Source of the DNA: Candidatus Zixiibacteriota bacterium
GTDB lineage: Bacteria; Zixibacteria; MSB-5A5; GN15; FEB-12
DNA length: 43,376 nt
Direction of reading: 5' to 3'
NCBI GenBank assembly: GCA_041742355.1
Contig: JBGSIV010000174.1
Location: forward strand, 1 to 43,376
Shown here: one piece after another, positions 35,788 to 43,376 of the stretch
Numbering within the stretch: the stretch's first letter is position 1
Layout: the number at the start of each line of letters is the position of its first letter
Notes under the pieces: model-generated
The model's database searches: none
The model's input: only the letters and a program-made list of their open reading frames with translations
What the model was told of the DNA's origin: nothing
Program-made: the position numbers and the translations under genes

Positions 35788-36339
35788 CTATTCCATGAAA
35801 GTCCAGCCCAGCGCCAGCTTGAAATCGGGGATGTCCCCCAGACCCACCTTGCCTTCAAGGAGGAACCGATTGCCGTTATCGAGCCCCCGGTCGATTCCGC
35901 CGATCAGGTTGACGCCGGCGTTGAAATCGGTGTCATCGTCGAGCGGGTCGTCGGGATCGTCGCTGCGGCTGGAGACAACTGCGGCCACCCCGGTGCCGAC
36001 ATAAGGCGACCAGGCGTTCCAATCCGTTCCAAACCGATAAGTCGCGTTGAGGTTACCGGCAAACAGCGTGATGTCATCGCCGAAGCCGATTTCGGCGTTC
36101 GGAACAAAACGGACACGTTCGGCAAAGTTGCCCAGATCAAGGTGAATGCCGGCGTGGAACTGGTCCGGGCTGACCGTGAAGCCGACGCGCGGCCCCCATC
36201 CGTAGAAGCCGATGTCGTCGGTGGTTTCCTCGACATCCTCGACAACGTCCTCGGCCGGCTCCTCTTGCGCAAACGCGCCGGGTGCGGCCAGGACGATCAG
36301 CAGAAGAAACCAGATCGTGAGTCTCGAGAATTTCTGCAT
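35788..36339 (-). CDS. Small outer membrane beta-barrel protein
   Basis: Signal peptide ending AFA-QE, alternating beta strands, SPYVGTG, terminal LGWTF; AGGAGG RBS. Confidence 0.8.
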   Translation of the reverse strand: MQKFSRLTIWFLLLIVLAAPGAFAQEEPAEDVVEDVEETTDDIGFYGWGPRVGFTVSPDQFHAGIHLDLGNFAERVRFVPNAEIGFGDDITLFAGNLNATYRFGTDWNAWSPYVGTGVAAVVSSRSDDPDDPLDDDTDFNAGVNLIGGIDRGLDNGNRFLLEGKVGLGDIPDFKLALGWTFME

Positions 36340-36934
36340 ACCAACTACCCTCCTTCTATCCTCTAGCTCCCCGGATGGTTGTGCCGCGCCGGCAGTACAA
36401 CCGGGGTGATTGTGTGCTCACTGCCTGATAGATCGAACCCCTGATTCCGTAATCCCCTGTGGTGGCGCAGTCGGAGTGGCACAGCTGTCGATCACTGATT
36501 ATCAGTCGCATGGTTTGAACATCGCCGCTGTCTCGGTCGGGCACGAAAGGACCGGGGAACAGGCATGACTCTGCCCAATCTCATACCGAGCGGTGAGGGC
36601 CGGACATATGCCGACAGGCGGCCGAACCGCGCGGTCTCCCGATACAGTCGGGCCGACGATCGTAGTACTGAGAGCGAATACCGTAATCCCCAACGAGGCA
36701 CATCTTCACCGGCCGGAGGGTTGGTATCAAAGCTGTTGGGAATAAATGCCGTCGTTCGTGCTCGTGTGTTGCGCCTGTAAAACAATCGCTCCGAATGGAG
36801 GTTCCCGCCCCACCGCCAAAGCCCGATCGCAAAACCCCGGTGACAGCCGGGAAAGTCACTGAAGGGAAAGAGAATACAGCATGTGTGGGAAACGCGACGA
36901 TAATCGAACGCCCCCCGGAGCAGTCTGCCCGCCG

Positions 36935-37798
36935 TTACCGCGGCTGTCCCGGACGCTGGCAGCGGGGACAGAAATGAGCGGAACGGGCGCCGATCTTCTT
37001 TCGGGTGATCGCCGAACCGCAACGCTCACACGGCTCCCCCTCGCGATCGTACGCTTTCAGGTAGCGCTGGAAATGGCCGGCCTCGCCGTTGACCCCCGAA
37101 TAGCTGTCGACCGACGTCCCCATCGACTTGATCGCAAGGTTCAGCAGGCGCACGATATGACCGTGGAGCTCGATCAGCTTGGCGCGCGAAATCGAACTGG
37201 TCAGGCGCAGCGGGTGGATACGCGCCGCGTAGAGCGCCTCGTCGGCGTAAATGTTGCCGACACCGGCGAGGAACGACTGATCGAGCAGGGCGGCCTTGAC
37301 CGCGCGCCGGGACCGCCGGGCACGCGCGGCGAAATCCTCGCCGCTGATCTCCAGCGGCTCGGGACCGAGATCCCGCAGGCCCTCCTGATCAAACAGCTCG
37401 CCATTGGTGAACAGGCGCAGCCGGCCGAAACGGCGATAATCATTGAAGCGCAGATCGCAGACCGGATCGCCGCTGCCGTCGGGCACGAACCCGATCACCA
37501 CCAGATCGTGTTTGCCCACCGGACGGGAGCAATCGAGGTAGAAGAAGTGGCCGGTCATCTTGAGGTGAACCCAGAGCGTGATCTCCCCCGAGAGGCGGAT
37601 GAAGATATTCTTGCCGCGCCGATCAACCCCTTCGATCGTACGGGTGCGCAACACCTGCCCGAACGAGCGTGATCCAAATGACCGGCTGACGACGATCGAG
37701 CTCGGTGGGGCGTTGACCGCGACGCTGCGGATGGCCCGTCCGACAACAGTATCGCGCAGCCCGCGACAGACAGTTTCGACTTCCGGCAGTTCGGGCAT
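36935..37798 (-). CDS. mutM: Formamidopyrimidine-DNA glycosylase
   Basis: MPELPEVET start, RRGK, HLKMTG, DYRRFG, LLDQ..AGVGNIYADE, C-terminal zinc finger CERC...CPRCQ. Confidence 0.97.
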   Translation of the reverse strand: MPELPEVETVCRGLRDTVVGRAIRSVAVNAPPSSIVVSRSFGSRSFGQVLRTRTIEGVDRRGKNIFIRLSGEITLWVHLKMTGHFFYLDCSRPVGKHDLVVIGFVPDGSGDPVCDLRFNDYRRFGRLRLFTNGELFDQEGLRDLGPEPLEISGEDFAARARRSRRAVKAALLDQSFLAGVGNIYADEALYAARIHPLRLTSSISRAKLIELHGHIVRLLNLAIKSMGTSVDSYSGVNGEAGHFQRYLKAYDREGEPCERCGSAITRKKIGARSAHFCPRCQRPGQPR

Positions 37799-37803
37799 AG
37801 GCG

Positions 37804-40686
37804 CTACATCGCCTTGCCGGCCAGGACATCCTTCAGGAAAAGGCCGGTATAGGATTTCTTTTCCTGCGCGACCTCCTCGGGCACGCCGGCGGCGATGATC
37901 CGCCCGCCGTCGTCCCCCCCCTCCGGACCGATATCGACAACCCAATCCGCGGTCTTGATAACATCGAGGTTGTGCTCGATCACGATCACGGTGTTCCCCC
38001 GGTCGACCAGCTCGTTGAGCACCCGCAGGAGCATGCGGATATCCTCAAAGTGCAGGCCGGTGGTCGGCTCATCGAGGATATACAGGGTCCGCCCGGTGGC
38101 CATCTTGGACAGCTCCGCCGCGAGTTTGACGCGCTGCGCCTCGCCGCCCGAGAGCGTCGTCGCCTGCTGGCCGAGGTGAATGTAGCCGAGCCCGACCTCA
38201 CGCAGCGTCAGGAGCTTGTTCTTGATCCGCGGGATGTTCTCGAAAAACTCGAGCGCCTCGTCGACCGTCATGTCGAGCACCTCGGCGATGTTCTTCCCCT
38301 TCCAGGTGATTTCCAGCGTCTCGCGGTTGTAGCGTTTCCCTTTGCAGACCTCGCACGGGACATACACGTCGGGAAGGAAGTGCATTTCAATCTTGATGAT
38401 GCCGTCCCCCTCGCAGGCCTCGCACCGCCCCCCCTTGACATTGAACGAAAATCTCCCGGGTTGGTAGCCGCGGGCCTTCGCTTCCGGTATGGCCGAGAAG
38501 AGATCCCGGACATGGGTGAACACCCCCGTGTAGGTGGCCGGGTTCGAGCGGGGAGTGCGGCCGATCGGAGACTGATCGATATCGATCACCTTATCGATAT
38601 GTTCGAGCCCCTCGATCTTGTCGTACGGCAGCGACTGCCGGCGGGAATTGTAGAAATGCCGGGCGAGAATCGGGTACAGCGTCTCGTTGACCAGCGAGGA
38701 CTTGCCGGAACCGGAGACGCCCGTGACGACAATGAACAGGCCAAGCGGGAACTCGACCGAGACATCCTTCAGGTTGTTGCCGCGGCAGCCGGCCAGCTTG
38801 ATGTACTTGCCGTTGCTCGGGCGGCGGTGCGGCGGCGTCTCGATCCGGCGCTCCCCTTTCAGGTACTGGCCGGTGAGCGACGCCTTGCAGCGGATGATAT
38901 CGCTGGGCGTTCCCTGGGCGACAATGCGCCCGCCATGAATACCGGCTTTCGGGCCGAGGTCGATAATGAAATCGGCCGCCTCAATCGTCTCGCGGTCGTG
39001 TTCGACAACGAGGACGGTGTTGCCGATATCGCGCAGCTCGGTCAGCGTGGCGAGCAGCTTGCGGTTGTCGCGCTGGTGCAGGCCGATCGACGGCTCATCG
39101 AGAATGTAGAGCACGCCGACGAGGCGCGAGCCGATCTGAGTGGCGAGGCGGATACGCTGGGCTTCGCCGCCGGAAAGCGTCTGGGCGGCGCGGCCGAGCG
39201 TCAGGTAATCCAGCCCCACATCGCAGAGGAACTGCAACCGCTCCCGGATCTCCTTGAGGATCTGCCTTGCGATCGTCTCCTGGCGCTTGGTCAGGTTGAT
39301 CGTGGCGAAAAACTGCGCCGCGCGTTTGATCGACATACCGGTGACCGTGTCGATCGTCTCGCGATCAATGATGACCGAAAGCGCTTCCGGACGCAGGCGG
39401 GCCCCCTTGCAGGAGGGACAGTCGCTGATCGCCATATAGTTCTCAATCCACTGCCGGACATGCCCCGACTCCGTTTGCTTGTAACGCCGCTCGAGGTTCG
39501 GAATGACCCCCTCGAACGCCGCTCGGTAGGTGCCGCCGCCACGGCCCTTGCCGGAGAGGTGCTCGTACTCGAACTGGACCTCCTCCTTGCCGGAACCCCA
39601 GAGGATCACCTTGCGCACCTTCTCCGGAAGCTTCTCAAACGGCGTCGAAAACTTGAAGTCGTAGTGGCGCGACAGCCCCTTCAGCATGTAGCGGTACCAG
39701 TTGGGCATGTCGCTGCCCCCCCACGGCCGGATCGCCCCTTCGTTGATCGAAAGGCTGGGGTCGGGGATGACGAGGCCGGGATCGATCTCCATCTTCTGGC
39801 CGAGACCGTCGCACACCTGGCAGGCCCCGAACGGGGAGTTGAACGAGAATAGCCGCGGGCTCGGCTCATCGTAGCTGATATTGCAGTTGAGACAGGCAAA
39901 CTGCTCGGAGTAAAGGAGATCCTGGCTCTTGATGTTGATCAGGACAGTCCCCTGCCCCATTTTGAGGGCTGTTTCAACCGAATCGGCCAGACGGCTCCGG
40001 GAGGTGGCTTTCACCACGAGGCGGTCGATGACTGCTTCAATCGTGTGCTTCTTGTTCTTGTCGAGCTTGATATCCTCTTCGGACTCAACCACCTCGCCAT
40101 CGATACGGAGGCGGACATACCCCTCCCGGCGGGCCTCATCGATGATATCCTTGTGCTCCCCCTTCTTGCCGCGGATCAGGGGCGACAGGACCATAAGCCG
40201 CGTCCCCTCCTCGAACCCCAGCACACTGTCGACAATCTGCTCGACCGTCTGCTGGGTGATCGGCTGGCCGCAATTAACACAGTGCGGGACACCGACCCGG
40301 GCGAAAAGGAGACGTAAATAGTCGTAGATTTCCGTGACCGTGCCGACCGTCGAACGCGGATTCTTGGCCGTGCCGCGCTGTTCGATCGAAATAGCCGGCG
40401 AAAGCCCCTCGATGAAATCCACATCCGGCTTCTCCATAAGGCCGAGAAACTGCCTGGCATACGCCGACAACGACTCCACATACCGCCGCTGCCCCTCGGC
40501 ATATATGGTGTCAAACGCGAGAGAGGACTTGCCCGATCCGGAGAGGCCGGTGATCACCGTCAGGGTGTTGCGGGGGATCTTGACATCGATATTCTGGAGG
40601 TTATGTTCCCGCGCCCCTTTGATATACAGGAATTCCTGGTTTCGTTTATTCCGCGCTTTGCTGTTCGTTCGCACTCTGGTTGCCAT
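37804..40686 (-). CDS. uvrA: Excinuclease ABC subunit A
   Basis: GAREHNL, two Walker A motifs ([18 protein letters not shown]), two LSGGEAQR, zinc fingers; ATG 40686 after GGAG. Confidence 0.98.
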   Translation of the reverse strand: MATRVRTNSKARNKRNQEFLYIKGAREHNLQNIDVKIPRNTLTVITGLSGSGKSSLAFDTIYAEGQRRYVESLSAYARQFLGLMEKPDVDFIEGLSPAISIEQRGTAKNPRSTVGTVTEIYDYLRLLFARVGVPHCVNCGQPITQQTVEQIVDSVLGFEEGTRLMVLSPLIRGKKGEHKDIIDEARREGYVRLRIDGEVVESEEDIKLDKNKKHTIEAVIDRLVVKATSRSRLADSVETALKMGQGTVLINIKSQDLLYSEQFACLNCNISYDEPSPRLFSFNSPFGACQVCDGLGQKMEIDPGLVIPDPSLSINEGAIRPWGGSDMPNWYRYMLKGLSRHYDFKFSTPFEKLPEKVRKVILWGSGKEEVQFEYEHLSGKGRGGGTYRAAFEGVIPNLERRYKQTESGHVRQWIENYMAISDCPSCKGARLRPEALSVIIDRETIDTVTGMSIKRAAQFFATINLTKRQETIARQILKEIRERLQFLCDVGLDYLTLGRAAQTLSGGEAQRIRLATQIGSRLVGVLYILDEPSIGLHQRDNRKLLATLTELRDIGNTVLVVEHDRETIEAADFIIDLGPKAGIHGGRIVAQGTPSDIIRCKASLTGQYLKGERRIETPPHRRPSNGKYIKLAGCRGNNLKDVSVEFPLGLFIVVTGVSGSGKSSLVNETLYPILARHFYNSRRQSLPYDKIEGLEHIDKVIDIDQSPIGRTPRSNPATYTGVFTHVRDLFSAIPEAKARGYQPGRFSFNVKGGRCEACEGDGIIKIEMHFLPDVYVPCEVCKGKRYNRETLEITWKGKNIAEVLDMTVDEALEFFENIPRIKNKLLTLREVGLGYIHLGQQATTLSGGEAQRVKLAAELSKMATGRTLYILDEPTTGLHFEDIRMLLRVLNELVDRGNTVIVIEHNLDVIKTADWVVDIGPEGGDDGGRIIAAGVPEEVAQEKKSYTGLFLKDVLAGKAM

Positions 40687-40832
40687 TCGTTGCTCCGATT
40701 TTTGGTCAACCTGCAATATACACATTCCTTTCCGCGCCGCCAACGACGAGATGAGTTTTCAGATCACTTTTGTTTGTACCGTCAAGGTACGACCTGTGTC
40801 CCGCACCAGCCCGCCGGTTCGGCGAAAGTGAC

Positions 40833-40860
40833 TTGACATGGTGCGGATTACTGCTACATT
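40833..40860 (+). promoter_or_regulatory. Putative sigma70-type promoter (leaderless)
   Basis: TTGACA, 16 bp ending TGC (extended -10), TACATT, CCCCCC, ATG 40867; no Shine-Dalgarno. Confidence 0.62.
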
Positions 40861-40866
40861 CCCCCC

Positions 40867-41472
40867 ATGTCACATGATAAACACCAGAAATTCTTTGACC
40901 AACTTGCGGCCGAGTGGGATCTTACCTACACCGCAGTTGATCTGGAATTCCTCCAGCACGTGGTCACCCAGCTGGAGGTCAAGCCGGGCTGGGACATTCT
41001 CGACCTCGGTTGCGGCACGGGCATCCTGTTTGACCTCCTGCGCCGCCGCGTGGGGAATTCAGGCTCGGTGACCGGGGTCGACTTCTCCTTTGAGATGGCT
41101 CAGAAAGCGCACCGCAATTTCCCGTTTCCCAATGTCAATGTGGTGGATGCCGACGCAACGCTGTTGCCGTTTCAGGACAACGTGTTCGACATGGCGATCG
41201 CCTTCTCGTCCTTCCCCCATTTTTCCGACCAGCGCAAAGCACTGGAAGAAACCCACCGGGTCCTCAAACCGAAGGGTAAATTCCACATCATCCACCTGGA
41301 ATCCTCGAAGAAGATCAACGAGTTGCACCACAATATCGGCGGGGCGGTCGAACACGACGTGCTCCCCGCGTCCGACCAGTTGCGCGAGATGTTCCTCGCC
41401 AGCGAATTCACCGAGGTGCAGATCGAGGATCACCCGGGCCTCTACCTCGCCACCGCGATCAACCTCAAGTAG
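40867..41472 (+). CDS. Class I SAM-dependent methyltransferase (UbiE-like)
   Basis: FFDQLAAEWD, ILDLGCGTG, GVDFSFEM, DATLLPF, HRVLKPKG. Confidence 0.92.
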   Translation: MSHDKHQKFFDQLAAEWDLTYTAVDLEFLQHVVTQLEVKPGWDILDLGCGTGILFDLLRRRVGNSGSVTGVDFSFEMAQKAHRNFPFPNVNVVDADATLLPFQDNVFDMAIAFSSFPHFSDQRKALEETHRVLKPKGKFHIIHLESSKKINELHHNIGGAVEHDVLPASDQLREMFLASEFTEVQIEDHPGLYLATAINLK

Positions 41473-41477
41473 TCTTC

Positions 41478-41999
41478 GTGTCACCGACTTCAGCGAAAAC
41501 CCGGTTTGTGGCTCACACCGCGCTATACCTGGCGCTGGCGGTGCTGTTGCCGATCGGGTTTCACGCGCTGGGAGTCGCGGGGCGCATCTTTCTGCCGATG
41601 CACATCCCGGTGCTGTTGGCCGGGTTTCTGGCCGGGCCCTGGGCGGGCGTGGTCGTCGGCCTCCTGGCGCCGGGGTTGTCGCATCTGCTGACCGGCATGC
41701 CGCCAACCTACGCCGTGCCGCTCATGTCGTTGGAGCTGCCAATCTACGGATTGGTGGCGGGAATGCTGTACAACCGGCTCCACCTGAATGTCTATATCGC
41801 TCTGATATTCGCGATGATCCTGGGGCGGCTCATGTTCGGGCTGGGGTTGCTGGTGCTGGGGCTGTTCATGGAGTTGCCGTACACGGCGGCGACATTCTTC
41901 TCAATGGGCGGAGCGATCCTGACCGGTCTGCCGGGGATAATCGTGCAGATCGTCATTATCCCAATCATCGTCGCGGCGGTGAAACGCGGGCGGGGGTAG
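41478..41999 (+). CDS. ECF transporter S component (substrate unknown)
   Basis: About 6 TMs, FLPMHIPVLLAG, GMPP, ELPIYG, LGR, GLPGIIVQIVIIP. Confidence 0.85.
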   Translation: MSPTSAKTRFVAHTALYLALAVLLPIGFHALGVAGRIFLPMHIPVLLAGFLAGPWAGVVVGLLAPGLSHLLTGMPPTYAVPLMSLELPIYGLVAGMLYNRLHLNVYIALIFAMILGRLMFGLGLLVLGLFMELPYTAATFFSMGGAILTGLPGIIVQIVIIPIIVAAVKRGRG

Positions 42000-42019
42000 T
42001 TCCGCCGCTCGGTGTTGAG

Positions 42020-42799
42020 CTACCGCGACCCCACACGCGCCGACGGATCGCTATGGTGTTCGGGAGAACGATCCGCCTGCCTCCGTTGATATTCCACAGC
42101 CAGCTTCTCCACCCGGAACGCGCGAACCCAGAACGACACGATCTTCAACCCGCCGGGCAGCGCCGTGAGCAGCGATTCCTCCTCGTGCAACCCCATGGCT
42201 ATGATACATCGCGCGGTGTAGAAACGCAGCCGGTGAATCGTCAGGATGAACGTGATGAGAAGGCTGACATTGGTGAGAACCACCCAGCCGGCCGGTTCAA
42301 GACCGAACGCCGCCTCGATGAACGGACTCCCCACCGTCAGCACGAGAGCGGCGAGGTTGATCCGAAGGTAGGCTGAGAGCCGACGCAGGTAGCGGCCGCC
42401 TTGAGCCGGGTCGGTCGTGTGAATCGATTCCGTGCCGGGCGCGGCCAGCGCGCTCCTCGAGAAGATCCCCTTGCACAGATGCAGAATCCCGGCGAGAGTC
42501 AGTGTGGCGCCGGTGACAGGAAAGACGAACGCGAACAGCGCGGTCAAAACGCCCGAGCTCTTCAGAGAATCCACGGAAATCACCTGCAGAAAATAGAACG
42601 GGGCGATTATTATCCAGAGGCCGAGGAGGATCCACGCGGTGCCCGCCTGCCGCAGAACAGCTTTGGGGTACCGGGGCTCTCGCAGTAACCGGGGTTTGAG
42701 ATATTGAGCCATAGCGCTGTCGGGGTGGAGCGTCAGCAGCGTGAGCAGGGCGACCGGGTAGAGGATAATGTAGGTGAGCAGCAGACTGTTCATGATCAA
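42020..42799 (-). CDS. Hypothetical membrane protein
   Basis: 259-aa ORF with about 5 hydrophobic segments; no recognised family. Confidence 0.55.
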   Translation of the reverse strand: MIMNSLLLTYIILYPVALLTLLTLHPDSAMAQYLKPRLLREPRYPKAVLRQAGTAWILLGLWIIIAPFYFLQVISVDSLKSSGVLTALFAFVFPVTGATLTLAGILHLCKGIFSRSALAAPGTESIHTTDPAQGGRYLRRLSAYLRINLAALVLTVGSPFIEAAFGLEPAGWVVLTNVSLLITFILTIHRLRFYTARCIIAMGLHEEESLLTALPGGLKIVSFWVRAFRVEKLAVEYQRRQADRSPEHHSDPSARVGSR

Positions 42800-43376
42800 T
42801 CTCGTCTTTGATTGCCGAATGGACCCTCACCATGATTGTCGACAGAATCCGGGGCGACATTCACCGGAGCCCCGAGAGCCCCGCCTCCGCCCTCCCTCCC
42901 CATTACCCCTCCCCATTTCGACCTTTCGGCAAAAACTCCGAAGTGAATTCCAGGCCCCTAAACCGGCCCTGCTCCTTCCCGTAGTTGCTTCTATCCCCTT
43001 ACTTCTCATGACCTTGTGTCACCGCTGGCCGGAGTGAAACACCGCCGTCGTTTCCGTACAGTTTCACTGACGATCTGATGGAGATTGCCCCGACGTCCCG
43101 GTAAGTATAGAACAGAGTGTACGAAGCCAAGTTGCAGCGTGACGGCAAGAGGACTGTGAGGCAAGCATGGAAAGACACCGGAGAACTCTGAACGTACAGG
43201 GGAAACTGCGCAAACGAACCCAATTGCGAGCAGAGAGGGCGGGTCGCCCACAGCTGCTATGTACGTTGTCAAGGTCATGTTCGAGGTCGTGGCGTGAATT
43301 CTAACCAGTCTGCTATTCGCGGCCTCGACCGTAGTCGAGCCGCAGGTAAGGTTTCCGATTGTTTTCACGTCCGGGG

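Noticed and set aside
36810..36870. Possible c-di-GMP-I riboswitch (GCAAAA...stem)
   Set aside because: Lacks the second conserved GCAAAG element and P2 stem, and lies antisense to the flanking genes.
40687..40760. LexA/SOS box upstream of uvrA
   Set aside because: No match to LexA motifs I know; the GTTG...CAAC arms are too short to call.
43034..43370. parS half-sites (GTGAAACA at ~43034, TTTCACGT at ~43363; also ~9627)
   Set aside because: Only half of the palindrome matches in each case.
43006..43376. Minus-strand ORF at the window end, or a gene tail ending at 43313 (PGRENNRKPYLRLDYGRGRE*)
   Set aside because: Too short and without motifs to support; needs sequence beyond the window.

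Overview
GC-rich bacterial chromosome segment, probably origin-proximal. The gene content (T9SS-like C-terminal domain protein, HmuY plus TonB receptor, HEAT-cyclophilin fusion) suggests an FCB-superphylum lineage such as Zixibacteria; this is inference only. The window opens at a probable IS481-like element end, then runs rsmG (with a perfect internal parS), parA, parB, M23 peptidase, bactofilin, a DnaA-box cluster and moxR. An ~8 kb block separates moxR from its usual DUF58 partner and holds an AbiE-like antitoxin/nucleotidyltransferase pair, a membrane protein, an isoaspartyl peptidase, a large secreted protein and a GNAT. The rest carries peptidases, a Tat-signal nitroreductase-like protein, a cytochrome c, birA-nadC/ilvC, a heme-uptake pair, iscU, fic, several envelope genes, mutM-uvrA and a methyltransferase-ECF S pair. 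The most striking non-coding structure is a set of GTAG- and (C/T)GTC-tagged palindromic repeats in recurrent modular cassettes with covarying inner stems. At least five genes have sigma70-type promoters placed for leaderless transcription. I found no rRNA, tRNA, CRISPR array or reverse transcriptase. All protein assignments come from motif recognition by eye, with no database search, and I cannot establish that any system here is previously undescribed.
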